64,000 nucleotides of DNA from Candidatus Omnitrophota bacterium (GTDB lineage: Bacteria > Omnitrophota > Gorgyraeia > Duberdicusellales > 4484-171). The translations under genes were made by a program, and so were the position numbers. Below are positions 30,904 through 40,904 of the stretch, in pieces. The notes beneath the pieces were generated by a model. The model made no database searches. It worked only from the letters and a program-made list of their open reading frames with translations, and was not told the DNA's origin. Location: assembly GCA_043815445.1 (NCBI GenBank), contig JBDRIY010000019.1, positions 5,368 through 69,367 of the forward strand, written 5' to 3'. Numbering within the stretch: the first letter of the stretch is position 1; the number at the start of each line of letters is the position of its first letter.

Positions 30904-32328
30904 TTATACCTGAATAATTGCTTCATAAAATCGTTTGATCCGTTGATCGCATTTTATTTCATTCTTTTCAATAGGCCGGGCTAAAGTAATATCCCGTAAT
31001 GATCTACACCTACTTAAAGCAACGTAAACTTGTCCTGATGCAAAGGCGCCATTTCCTAAATCTACTCTAACTTTCTCCAAAGTTTTCCCCTGACTTTTAT
31101 GTATCGTAACAGCCCATGCAAGCATCAAGGGAAACTGTGTATATTTTCCAACAACAACTGGCTTGATTTTGTCTTTTGAATAGTCATATGCGTATTTAAA
31201 TGACTCCCAACTTACCCTATGTACATCAAGAACTTCTCTTGATTGATCAGAAACTAATTCCACCTGTATCAATTCATTTTTAAAATTTACAACACGGCCG
31301 ATAGTTCCATTAACCCATCTCTTTTGTTCATCATTCTTCGTAAACATTACTTGCGCACCTGGCTTCAATTGCAAATTCAAAGGTGACGGAAGCTTTTCTT
31401 CTTGAACAGCGAACTTCCCGGAAATTTCTCCGATAAACGAACTCACTTCTCCCGGCAATTGCTGGAGTTTTAAGTTATTGATTTTATCAGCGGCAGTATT
31501 AGTACATGTAAGAGTTATTAACGACGGGGCTTCATCTTTTTCATCTATACAACGCTTATTAATTTGATGAATAACCGCGCAGCATTGTTCAGCTACCCGT
31601 ATTCGATTTAACATTTCTGTAAATTTAGAGTCAGTTTGCCTAAATATTTTACACAACTCAATCGGAACAAATTCACAATTCTGCAATACTTTGGCGCTAA
31701 AGAAAAAAGGGCTTTCATATCTTCTGGCCGCAAGAATTTTCTCCTCTTGTTTTTTAACAACCGGCGGTAATTGAAACAGGTCGCCGACAAATAAAACTTG
31801 TATACCGCCAAAAGGTTGGTTAGAACGCGGCCCGTTTAAACGCAGAAATTGATCCATAGCATCAATCAAATCAGCGCGTACCATAGAAACCTCATCAACG
31901 ATTAACACATCAATCTTTTCATAAACCGTCCGGCTCCTTACTCCTTTTATATCCTCATTAGTAATAATTCTCGGCGGTAAACGAAAAAAAGAATGAATTG
32001 TTGCTCCTTTGGCATTTAACGCGGCCACTCCGGTAGGAGCGACAACCACCACATTTTTATTTAATTTCTCTCTAAGATAATGGATTAAAGTCGTCTTGCC
32101 TGTGCCTGCTTTCCCGCTTACAAATAAAATGGGTAAATTATTATTTAATAATTTTTCAATATTTTCATATTCCTCAGTTACCTCTATATCCGCAAGAATA
32201 TCGAGATTGTCTTTCTTTAAATCCTTTGATTGACAAAAACTTCCGGCAGCATGACGGTTTAGCCTCCCAATATTAACCGGCTTAACTCCCAATATCCCTT
32301 TCAATGAATCTAAGATACTCATGTCCAT
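30904..32328 (-). CDS. Pif1/RecD-like SF1B DNA helicase
   Basis: GKAGTGKT, APTGVAA, TIHSFF, DEVSM, GDLFQLPPV, QFPLMLAWAVTIHKSQG and YVALSR motifs. Confidence 0.93.
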   Translation of the reverse strand: MDMSILDSLKGILGVKPVNIGRLNRHAAGSFCQSKDLKKDNLDILADIEVTEEYENIEKLLNNNLPILFVSGKAGTGKTTLIHYLREKLNKNVVVVAPTGVAALNAKGATIHSFFRLPPRIITNEDIKGVRSRTVYEKIDVLIVDEVSMVRADLIDAMDQFLRLNGPRSNQPFGGIQVLFVGDLFQLPPVVKKQEEKILAARRYESPFFFSAKVLQNCEFVPIELCKIFRQTDSKFTEMLNRIRVAEQCCAVIHQINKRCIDEKDEAPSLITLTCTNTAADKINNLKLQQLPGEVSSFIGEISGKFAVQEEKLPSPLNLQLKPGAQVMFTKNDEQKRWVNGTIGRVVNFKNELIQVELVSDQSREVLDVHRVSWESFKYAYDYSKDKIKPVVVGKYTQFPLMLAWAVTIHKSQGKTLEKVRVDLGNGAFASGQVYVALSRCRSLRDITLARPIEKNEIKCDQRIKRFYEAIIQV

Positions 32329-32367
32329 TTAATTTTTGTGGTTCAGCCTGCTTTGGCCTACTTTATT

Positions 32368-33069
32368 TTACTTTATAAATAGTAACTCTAATCTATCTTT
32401 TCTTTTTTCCCAATCAGGTATAATCTTTGTCAATAAGTCATAAAATCTTTTATTATGATGTTTATATTTCACATGGCATAATTCATGAGTGATAACATAA
32501 TCAATGCAATATTTTGGGGCATGAATTAACAAAGGATTTAGAACAACAGTATCCTTATTAACAAAACTCCCCCATCTTTTATTCATTTTTCTAATCGATA
32601 ATTTAAAGGTTTTTAGATAATTAAAACACTCAAGAACCCCGACAAAACGCTCCTGGAAAATAACATTCGCACGTTTTCTGTACCACACATCAATTAACTT
32701 CCGATTATAATCTCCGTTGGAAACTTTAGCCTGAGTATCAAGCAATAAACGTCCTTTCGCAAGAGAGACATTATCATCTTTTGCCCTCTTAACTATCAGC
32801 TTATACTGACGCCCTAAATATAAAAAACTCTCCCCTGATATGTATTCTTTCTCATATCTCTCCCTCTGAAACCTCTTAAAGAAACTAAGCTGTTTATTAA
32901 GCCATTTCCACTTCTTCTTTAAAAACGCTTCAATACGATCTTCCTTTGCCTCAATCGGACACCGGAGGACAATACCCATATCTGGACATACGGTCAAACT
33001 AAGAGTTTTTCTTTCTTGCCTCAAAAACTCATACTCATATCTATATTGACCGTAAGTAAATACTTTCAT
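32368..33069 (-). CDS. YgjP/M48 (SprT-like) zinc metallo-hydrolase linked to type I R-M
   Basis: RKTLSL, GESFLYLG, RWGS and DYVITHELCH..Y.HH...FY. Overlaps the hsdR stop. Confidence 0.9.
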   Translation of the reverse strand: MKVFTYGQYRYEYEFLRQERKTLSLTVCPDMGIVLRCPIEAKEDRIEAFLKKKWKWLNKQLSFFKRFQRERYEKEYISGESFLYLGRQYKLIVKRAKDDNVSLAKGRLLLDTQAKVSNGDYNRKLIDVWYRKRANVIFQERFVGVLECFNYLKTFKLSIRKMNKRWGSFVNKDTVVLNPLLIHAPKYCIDYVITHELCHVKYKHHNKRFYDLLTKIIPDWEKRKDRLELLFIK

Positions 33070-36000
33070 TTAAAGATCTCGTAATTATTTTCAGCTAATT
33101 CCATTGCCTTATCTATGATATCCTTCATTTCCTCATTTGACAAATCAATACCACGCTCACCCTTAACAACATCATAAACATAATCATCAATTTTATTACG
33201 CATTATTCGCTTAACCTCAGCGTTTTTATACCAATCGACTATGCTTTCCTGATGTAGAATTGAATATATATCAAGAATTATCTGCTCAAAATCAGGCCTA
33301 TTTAGTTTATGCGACTGAAAGATAGGGCACAAATTACGATAAAATATATCCGCGCCTTCTTTTTGGCTAATCTTTTCAGGAATGCTCTCATCACGCTTTT
33401 GAACAACACTGTTTTTTATATCCTTCAATTCCTTTAACGCCGCGATATCTGCCATTTTCTCTTGACGCATTTTCTCTAAGATTTCATGTATTTTCTCTGA
33501 AAATCTTTTATAAAATTCAGGATCAGAATTGTATTTTTCTTTAATTGTACGTTCTGTCTGCGCTGCAATAGCCTCCGCTTTTGATTTATTAGAGCCTAAA
33601 GATTCAATAGCTTTCTCAAACTGCTCACTATCAGTAATGTTAATCTGTTTTGTTAATAATTCAACACCCTGAGCGTCAACATAATCATCAAGGATACTAA
33701 CAAGCGAACGCTTATACTTAGTCAAATCTACTTTATCAGCATACCTCAAACTTGCCGCTTTGCGGATTTCAACCATTTTTTTTATCTCTTTCTTGTAAAC
33801 ATCGATATGTTTAAACTCCTTCACGAAATCCTGTAATGCCAAACATTCGTTGAAATTCCGCAGAAACTTATTCAATACTTCATAGAAGACCACTCTTCTT
33901 TGTTCGCCATCTTCCTTAGTATCACCACCCAAAACGGTCAAGTATTCCTCACTATCACTTTTGTTCTTTATCTCTTTGAATAAATCATGAACCTCAGCAT
34001 AACTCTGTTCAAGCTCGTTAATCTTTTCCCCAACATCAATTAACGCTCCTTTAACGTCTTCTTCGTCATAATTACCAAATAATTTCATAGCCGTATCTAT
34101 ATTTTTAGCATTCTCAGAATAGTCTATAATGAATCCCGCTGTCTTTGGCAGTTCTTTATTATCATAAAGCCTATTAACACGCGCTATTGCCTGCAATAAA
34201 CTATGATCTCTTAAATCTTTTGCCAGATAAAGGACGGTATTGCATGGGGCGTCAAATCCAGTTAATAATTTATCTACAACTATTAGTATCTCGATCCCGT
34301 CAGGATTATACTTAAAACTGTCGATAACATCTTTTTCGTAAGATTCCAGGCTTCTATACTTTTCTTTCGTTTTATCTAAATATTCAATAACCTCTTTTTT
34401 ATGCGCGTCATCTTCGTCAACAATGCCATTTTCACCGGATATAACAATTGCCGTTTGAATTTTACCGCTAGACTCAAAAGCTTTCTGCATCAACACAGCC
34501 GAAAATTTTGAAGGCGAAACAATTTGCGCCTTCAAGCCTGTCCCCTGAAATTGACCACAATAATGATTCTCTATATCAACAGCAATATCCGCAATGCGCT
34601 GAGGATTATCTTTAATTATTTTTGTATTAACCAGCTTCTGTAATTCTCTTTTAGCCTTATCATCTAAATCCTTGATTATCGCGTCAACCCGCCGATCAAT
34701 CTGTTCTTTATTTTCAATCAAATCAACATAACGCCCTTCATAAATAAGAGGTAATATAATCTCATCTTTTAACGCGTCATCAATTGTATATTTATCGATA
34801 TACCCGCCAAATTTCTTCCAACTTTCACGGTCTTTCTTTAACAAAGGTGTACCCGTAAACCCAATGTAGCAAGCGTTGGGCATTACGCGGTTCATTTCAA
34901 GATTAGCAATCCCGGTTTGTGTTCGATGAGCTTCATCAATAAGCACAAATATATTTTTATCTGTATCACGAAAATTCATACGCTTCTTAGATACTGAATC
35001 AAATTTATGAACCAATGTCGTAATCACCTTGAGATTTTTTTCTTGAATAAGATCTAACAAATGCTGGCCGCTAGTAGCTTTTATCACGCCTTTTTTTAAG
35101 CCACAATTCTTGAACGTTTCAGCAATCTGCTTATCTAAATCTTTTCGATCAGTTACAATAATAACGCGTGGGTTTAATATATACGGATGTTCAATCAACG
35201 CCTTAACAAACAAAACCATGGTGAGCGATTTCCCGCTACCTTGGGTATGCCATAAAAGCCCCCCGCAACGCTTATTTCCCTCAACCCCTTTCTGCTCTTC
35301 TTCAACACGCATCAACATCTTAGCAATCGCGAAATATTGCTGATATCTCATTATTTTTTTTATCCCGGCGTCATAAATAATATAATTCTTTGTAAAATCA
35401 AGCAACCGTTTAGGAGCAAGTAACGAAACAATTCCCCTATCTTGTTCCGTGGCTAACCGGGTTTTTCTCTGGTTATAGTCTTGTGAAACTCCTAAATCTT
35501 CGCGCACTTGCGAATAAGCCGATGAATCAAGCGGTTTTTCAATATAGCGTTTTACATAACTTTCTAACTCTTTCTTAGCAATCCCCTTTTCTTTCCAAAT
35601 AGAATAAAACTTAGCCTGAGTTAGTGTAGTTCCGTATCGAAATTCCGATCCATTGGTCGCAATCAATAGTTGAGAATAAACAAAAAACTTGGGACAATAC
35701 TCCGCCCGCTGATTACGCGACATCTGAAAGATAGCTTCTTTTATATCCACACCGGCTTTTTTATTCTCAATAACTACAAAAGGAATACCGTTTACAAAAC
35801 AAACAATGTCCGGACGAATATGCCTCTTACCGTTGGCTTCATATTCAACCGTTACGTGAAAAACATTGTTTTCAGGGTGAGCAAAATCAATAAACCTAAA
35901 GCTTCTAGATATATTTTTGCCCTCATGGAAAACTTTGATTGTCTTTCCTCCTGTCTTAGGCATAATCATATTGTATACCAATCGCGAGGTGTCAATTAAT

Positions 36001-36269
36001 CCCTCAAGAGGAAGGCTTTCAAGCTCTTCTACCACGTCATATACATTTTTTTCGCTAAACTTATATATTTGCCCATAATACTCATATCCGTTTATTGCCA
36101 TAAGCGCTTTTGCCGCGATTTTTTTAAGTATAAATTTTGAAGCATCGCCATTACGCTGACGCATCACCTCCTCAGATGAAATATAGGAATACCCCATGCT
36201 TATTAGTACTTCAACAAAAGGAAGTTGCGATTGCCTTATTTCATCAAAATCAGCTTTAATATTATTCAT
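33066..36269 (-). CDS. hsdR: Type I restriction endonuclease subunit R
   Basis: RPDIVCFVNGIP.VVIENK (PD-ExK), WHTQGSGKS, DEAHR, FTGTP, LLTGFDAP and QAIARVNR. Confidence 0.97.
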   Translation of the reverse strand: MNNIKADFDEIRQSQLPFVEVLISMGYSYISSEEVMRQRNGDASKFILKKIAAKALMAINGYEYYGQIYKFSEKNVYDVVEELESLPLEGLIDTSRLVYNMIMPKTGGKTIKVFHEGKNISRSFRFIDFAHPENNVFHVTVEYEANGKRHIRPDIVCFVNGIPFVVIENKKAGVDIKEAIFQMSRNQRAEYCPKFFVYSQLLIATNGSEFRYGTTLTQAKFYSIWKEKGIAKKELESYVKRYIEKPLDSSAYSQVREDLGVSQDYNQRKTRLATEQDRGIVSLLAPKRLLDFTKNYIIYDAGIKKIMRYQQYFAIAKMLMRVEEEQKGVEGNKRCGGLLWHTQGSGKSLTMVLFVKALIEHPYILNPRVIIVTDRKDLDKQIAETFKNCGLKKGVIKATSGQHLLDLIQEKNLKVITTLVHKFDSVSKKRMNFRDTDKNIFVLIDEAHRTQTGIANLEMNRVMPNACYIGFTGTPLLKKDRESWKKFGGYIDKYTIDDALKDEIILPLIYEGRYVDLIENKEQIDRRVDAIIKDLDDKAKRELQKLVNTKIIKDNPQRIADIAVDIENHYCGQFQGTGLKAQIVSPSKFSAVLMQKAFESSGKIQTAIVISGENGIVDEDDAHKKEVIEYLDKTKEKYRSLESYEKDVIDSFKYNPDGIEILIVVDKLLTGFDAPCNTVLYLAKDLRDHSLLQAIARVNRLYDNKELPKTAGFIIDYSENAKNIDTAMKLFGNYDEEDVKGALIDVGEKINELEQSYAEVHDLFKEIKNKSDSEEYLTVLGGDTKEDGEQRRVVFYEVLNKFLRNFNECLALQDFVKEFKHIDVYKKEIKKMVEIRKAASLRYADKVDLTKYKRSLVSILDDYVDAQGVELLTKQINITDSEQFEKAIESLGSNKSKAEAIAAQTERTIKEKYNSDPEFYKRFSEKIHEILEKMRQEKMADIAALKELKDIKNSVVQKRDESIPEKISQKEGADIFYRNLCPIFQSHKLNRPDFEQIILDIYSILHQESIVDWYKNAEVKRIMRNKIDDYVYDVVKGERGIDLSNEEMKDIIDKAMELAENNYEIFK

Positions 36270-36951
36270 AGTTAACCTCTAAACGAAATTGATTACCAAT
36301 AAAAGCAAATGCTCCGCCCATTTCAATTAGAAATCGATTTATCCTAAGCATGAGCCCACGCTCAAGCTCTTTTTCGCTATGTTCTTCCCCTAATTCCAAA
36401 AAATCAAAAGCATATTCATCTTTTATCGCTAACTTTGCCTGATTGTGAATTTTCGCGGGAAGTGTTTTCTTGAAATTAGTCTGGTTCATAACCGTTTTTT
36501 CATAACTCTGATTCTCAATCTGATGAACCAAAACATTCTTTGTCCATCCCATTCTCTTTGTCATACGGATATAAAATTCACGTTCTAAATAATCCTTACA
36601 CCGCTCCAAAATCATAATATTGTGCGACCAGCCAATTTCTCGCACCAATGGTGCGAGTTTTTCACTTTTGCCGTAAGCTAAATAAAAATTACGCATTCTC
36701 CAAAGCCCAGATGATGAAAACCCTAAAATTCCGACAAACTCTACCTGCAAATCTTTTGACAAATTGTCAACAATTGCCTTCCCCCATCCATGCTCCTTCT
36801 GTTGCGCGACAATCATTTTCCCAATATCCCAATACAAGTTAATAAGCTCTTTATTAACCTTCTTAAGCGCTTGATACTGCGCGGAACGAATACGTTCTTT
36901 AATCTCACTAATAAATTTAGTATATTCTAATGTACTCTTAATTTTTTTCAT
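36262..36951 (-). CDS. YhcG/DUF1016 family protein, truncated before the PD-(D/E)XK core
   Basis: LYWDIG..I...Q...GWG, GFS...LWRMR.FY, WSHN, KDEYAFDFL and GGAFAFIGNQFRL, then a stop. Confidence 0.85.
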   Translation of the reverse strand: MKKIKSTLEYTKFISEIKERIRSAQYQALKKVNKELINLYWDIGKMIVAQQKEHGWGKAIVDNLSKDLQVEFVGILGFSSSGLWRMRNFYLAYGKSEKLAPLVREIGWSHNIMILERCKDYLEREFYIRMTKRMGWTKNVLVHQIENQSYEKTVMNQTNFKKTLPAKIHNQAKLAIKDEYAFDFLELGEEHSEKELERGLMLRINRFLIEMGGAFAFIGNQFRLEVNYE

Positions 36952-38233
36952 AATTTTTAACCTTATCCAATAAATCCTCAGGAGTACGAATCTCCCCTGT
37001 GATAAGTTTATTTAAAAGATATTTCTTTTGCGCAGCAACTACACCCCTCTTCTTCTCCAGCGCCTCAATCTCAGCATCTGCTTTAGTAAGAATGTCGGCA
37101 ATAGCATCTTGTTCTTTTTTAAGTTTGGGAACATTTAATCTTAAATCAGAAAAATCATTTTTATTTAAAATTGGCATCGCTCCTGCTCCAGCAAATTTCC
37201 TTAATAACGTCAATGAGTTATTTATTAAATAAAATAAAAATTCATTATTATATTTCTCATTAACAATTATTGAATTAATTTGCTGATTTGTTGCTAATGG
37301 CACAGCCGCAATTGCATTTTTACCTATCGACGCAATACAAGTAATTAGTAAACTGCCCTTTGGTAACCATCTCGAAAGATTTTTACCAATCTCGGAAAGT
37401 TTCACCTCAGTATTCTTAATATATTTTGATTTAAAATCATCCGCAGTTGCCCAGCAATAATCTGACCCATAATTACTTTTGTCTTTCATTGGCGGCGTAT
37501 TGCCCGTCACAATCTCACCCATACTTTTTAACTTTATAATTTCCCATTTCTCACAAAACCCTTTTAATCGTTTTTTGCCAGTCAACAGTTGCTGCATTAA
37601 TCCTTTTTTAATATTCTTCTTAATCTCAATCTTACGATCAAGCCCTCGCAAATAACCATCCCACGCCTCAAGTACTGCTACTATGCGTTTTTGTTCTGGG
37701 AGGGGTGGAAGAAGTAGTTGAACTTTCGATACTTCATATTTTGAAATACTATACACTGAGACGCCATTAGCTACTTTTTGCAGGTGCCTCCTAATAGTAG
37801 GGTTGCTAAAAATATATTGACGAAATGATTTAAGCGTAGCATCAGGTTTTCCGCGAAGCACAAAAGTATGCAATCCACCCACAACTTTCTTGCTATTTAA
37901 TCCACGAACAAGAACATTAGTGGCAACGCCTTCGTAGTCCTCAGAAGCATCTGCCATAACAAGATCACCGTCTTTTAGCAAATCCTCTGTGCTTGGGTGA
38001 AAAGTATTTTCTACAACTATTGGTACAAGTGTGTCATCCAAAGAAATGATAGAGCTATTAAAAGTCGAATGAATATCACCATAATGAATATTGCCTACAT
38101 TTCCGATAGATACTAAACCATAGTTTAATTTTTCTCGCGACAATGCATATGATTTAACATACGAAAAAATTTTACCAACTGGAACAATCGACCAACCACA
38201 TGGTATAGGTTGTGCTTTTTTATTTTTTACCAT
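36938..38233 (-). CDS. hsdS: Type I R-M specificity subunit (two TRDs)
   Basis: IPCGW start, LPPLPEQKRIV...KKGLMQQLLTGK spacer, second TRD (TGNTP) and EQDAIADIL...LITG. Confidence 0.95.
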   Translation of the reverse strand: MVKNKKAQPIPCGWSIVPVGKIFSYVKSYALSREKLNYGLVSIGNVGNIHYGDIHSTFNSSIISLDDTLVPIVVENTFHPSTEDLLKDGDLVMADASEDYEGVATNVLVRGLNSKKVVGGLHTFVLRGKPDATLKSFRQYIFSNPTIRRHLQKVANGVSVYSISKYEVSKVQLLLPPLPEQKRIVAVLEAWDGYLRGLDRKIEIKKNIKKGLMQQLLTGKKRLKGFCEKWEIIKLKSMGEIVTGNTPPMKDKSNYGSDYCWATADDFKSKYIKNTEVKLSEIGKNLSRWLPKGSLLITCIASIGKNAIAAVPLATNQQINSIIVNEKYNNEFLFYLINNSLTLLRKFAGAGAMPILNKNDFSDLRLNVPKLKKEQDAIADILTKADAEIEALEKKRGVVAAQKKYLLNKLITGEIRTPEDLLDKVKNYEKN

Positions 38234-38726
38234 AATTGTCTCTTATATTAACTGCTTCTTCGACCCATTTTTCTATATTTTTGGCAATATGGTCATATAC
38301 ATTTTTACTAAACTCATAAGGTGAATTATATAGCTTAACCACACTGGACAGCTTCTTTTGACCTTCTTTTAATGTAAATTTTTCAAAAGGATTATCACCT
38401 TGCGTGGATTTATTCCCATTTGAATCCTTTAAATTGTGTATTCTGATTCCGACAATACCTTTTTTTGCATTCCAAGCCTTCTCTATCTCCTTACGAACCC
38501 ATTTCCTTGAAGCCGTACTAGAACCAACTAGAACTACAGCACAAGATTTACCCTTAAGCTGATCTTCAATCCAGTTTTCAACAGCTGTATCACCTTTTTT
38601 CTTTATTTTTTCCCAATCGTTATCCGATATAGGCTTATTGCCTTCAACTACGCCTATGTTTCTGACTTGACTGGTTCGCCAACAATCATTTTTAAAATGA
38701 AAACTATAAAATACTTTTCTTACCAT
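38220..38726 (-). CDS. TIR domain protein (ThsB-like / DUF1863)
   Basis: RKVFYSFHF..D.WR.SQVRNIG, VVLVG..TA.RKWV..EI (catalytic Glu retained), KGIVGIRIH.LKD. Confidence 0.92.
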   Translation of the reverse strand: MVRKVFYSFHFKNDCWRTSQVRNIGVVEGNKPISDNDWEKIKKKGDTAVENWIEDQLKGKSCAVVLVGSSTASRKWVRKEIEKAWNAKKGIVGIRIHNLKDSNGNKSTQGDNPFEKFTLKEGQKKLSSVVKLYNSPYEFSKNVYDHIAKNIEKWVEEAVNIRDNYGKK

Positions 38727-38737
38727 AATAAATCTCC

Positions 38738-39232
38738 TTATTTACAAAAATATTCACAACATATAGGTTTTAGTACCTCAAACGCCCGTGGAAACACATT
38801 AATAAAAAACACAAGAATCACCATAGCAATAGGGATCAAGTAAAACGGCTTTAACGTAATGGAAAACATAACATCACGAATAGTACCAACATCATCTAAA
38901 TTTATATTGCCTCTTTTCCTATGAGGATTTAAATCATATAAATGCTCTTCATTACCTTTCTTTCTTTCTACTATAACCCACTCGTAAATTTTTCTATACT
39001 TTTTCTCTGTGTGAAGGAAAAAGGCATCTAAATACCAAAAACTAATAATTGGTATTAACAAAATAAAGCTCAACAGTGATATATTGGCAACCTTATCACC
39101 TAAAGCTAAAACAACAGCGACTAGCGAAATAGTCCAACCTTTTATTAAAAAAGAATTATGTGCCATGCGAGAAATACATGCTTGAATCAAATCAATTTCC
39201 TTGTGTAAAACTTCATTAGATATCTGTGCCAT
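38738..39232 (-). CDS. Small multi-TM membrane protein between two TIR genes (candidate effector)
   Basis: EIDLIQACISRMAHNSFLIKGW, two hydrophobic helices, FWYLDAFFL..EKKYR.IY, and a third hydrophobic helix. GAGG RBS. Confidence 0.8.
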   Translation of the reverse strand: MAQISNEVLHKEIDLIQACISRMAHNSFLIKGWTISLVAVVLALGDKVANISLLSFILLIPIISFWYLDAFFLHTEKKYRKIYEWVIVERKKGNEEHLYDLNPHRKRGNINLDDVGTIRDVMFSITLKPFYLIPIAMVILVFFINVFPRAFEVLKPICCEYFCK

Positions 39233-39246
39233 AGAACACCTCTTAT

Positions 39247-39933
39247 TTAATTGACCACCTTACAAATATTATAACTATTAATATCATCGTTTATATCTTG
39301 TGCTATGCCCAAATAGCTATTAACATTTAAGACAAAATCAGACCATTTTACCGTATAGATATAACTAGGATATCCACTATAGATGGTGGTACGATTATGG
39401 CAAGCCTGGTAAACAGGATTGATAGTATTAAACATATTATCCCTAAGTATAGGGAATAAGCGAGCTGTATTATATAAAGTACAGCCTGGCAGACAACAAG
39501 AATAAGAATTAACAAAATAACTATAACTACCGATAGAATCAGGAAGAATCACTGCAAGAACAGCGTTTGTCTGGCTTGCTCTATCATTTCTTGCATGCTC
39601 CTTCAAAGAATATGAGATTTCCCACGGAATCCATTGATCTGAATCGGGAACGCTTGACTCACGCATATTAGGAGAAATTAAAACTATAGTTACACTGCTA
39701 TCGTAAATTTTATCCCTCAACTTATACTTAATCGTTTCATCTTTTAGATGACTAATATCTTCTTGATCTCTCTCCCCTTTATAAACATCATCACCGTGTT
39801 CCATGTATGTTTCAATTTTATCCACATAATCTCTTGCTGTTGTAGGATTAAGCGCCTCCTGGAAACTACCGTCTCGCAAAGATAAAACATCTTGATCTTT
39901 ATGTTTATATGATACAAAAATTTTCTTACCCAA
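39247..39933 (-). CDS. TIR domain protein (ThsB-like / DUF1863) with Cys-rich insert
   Basis: KIFVSYK, TARDYVD, LRDKIYDSSVTIVLISPNM and QWIPWEISYSL (catalytic Glu). TTG start at 39933 after GGAGG. Confidence 0.9.
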   Translation of the reverse strand: MGKKIFVSYKHKDQDVLSLRDGSFQEALNPTTARDYVDKIETYMEHGDDVYKGERDQEDISHLKDETIKYKLRDKIYDSSVTIVLISPNMRESSVPDSDQWIPWEISYSLKEHARNDRASQTNAVLAVILPDSIGSYSYFVNSYSCCLPGCTLYNTARLFPILRDNMFNTINPVYQACHNRTTIYSGYPSYIYTVKWSDFVLNVNSYLGIAQDINDDINSYNICKVVN

Positions 39934-39960
39934 AATAACCTCCAAAAAGATTAAATTCCA

Positions 39961-40017
39961 TTATTCTATCTCCAATTCCTTAAGATAAACCGACATCTCT
40001 TTCTTAAACTCCTCAAG
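39961..40017 (-). pseudogene. Relic of an hsdM 3' end
   Basis: Translates LEEFKKEMSVYLKELEIE*, versus the HsdM end LEKLEKEMAAYLKELGIK*. 44/57 nt identical to 40905-40961 by manual alignment. Confidence 0.75.
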
Positions 40018-40042
40018 AACAAATTTTTCACCATAAACATTT

Positions 40043-40897
40043 TCAGGCGATTCTTTTCTTTTTCCCTTCAATCTGCTTAACTTTTTTATTTGATATCAAT
40101 AGCTTCATCTGCGTAATTGCTATTTGATTTAATTTCATTAATCTCTCAGCTTGAGATTTTCCTTCACTGATAAATAAAGCGTTCAGATTTTCCAGATTAG
40201 AAAGGCAAATAAGCTGTGCTATGTTGGCGTAATCACGAATATTTCCTTTATTATCTTTGTTTTTATCTCTCCACCGCTTAGCCGTCATCCCAAATAATGC
40301 CATATTTAACACATCCGCTTCACTGGCATACACACATTGCTGTTGTTTCTTTGTAACTTGCGCGGGAATTAAATGTTCTTTAATTGCGTCAGTATGTATC
40401 AGATAATTTATTTTTGTTAAATTCCTTTTAATATCCCAGCCGAGTTGCTTTTGCTCATACTCTTTTAGCCGCTGAAATTCCTTGATTAAATATAATTTAA
40501 ATTCTGAAGAAATCCATGACGCGAATTCAAAAGCAATATCCTTATGAGCATATGTTCCGCCGTATCGTCCTGACTTAGAAACAAGGCCTATAGCATTTGT
40601 GTTTTCTATCCACTTTTTAGGAGACAATACAAATGAATTTAAACCTGCCTCGTTTTTAAACCAGTCGAATTCGACCCCTTTAAAACTTCGATTGTTTAAC
40701 TTTTCCCACAAACCTAAAAACTCAATTGTATTTTTACTCCGCATCCAGTTTTTGACAACATCTTTAGGCTCCTCAGGATTTCTATATCGGGCAATGTCAG
40801 TAATACAAATATAATCACCCTTCTTTGTGCTATAAATATCTACTTTTCTTTGCAAAACATTAATAGTACCCATAGATTGGCTATCTCTCATAATCAT
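40043..40897 (-). CDS. KilA-N domain DNA-binding protein
   Basis: DYICITDIA, KNWMR...TIEFLGLWE and GRYGGTYAHKDIAFEFASWIS motifs. Confidence 0.9.
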   Translation of the reverse strand: MIMRDSQSMGTINVLQRKVDIYSTKKGDYICITDIARYRNPEEPKDVVKNWMRSKNTIEFLGLWEKLNNRSFKGVEFDWFKNEAGLNSFVLSPKKWIENTNAIGLVSKSGRYGGTYAHKDIAFEFASWISSEFKLYLIKEFQRLKEYEQKQLGWDIKRNLTKINYLIHTDAIKEHLIPAQVTKKQQQCVYASEADVLNMALFGMTAKRWRDKNKDNKGNIRDYANIAQLICLSNLENLNALFISEGKSQAERLMKLNQIAITQMKLLISNKKVKQIEGKKKRIA

Positions 40898-40904
40898 ATC
40901 TCCT

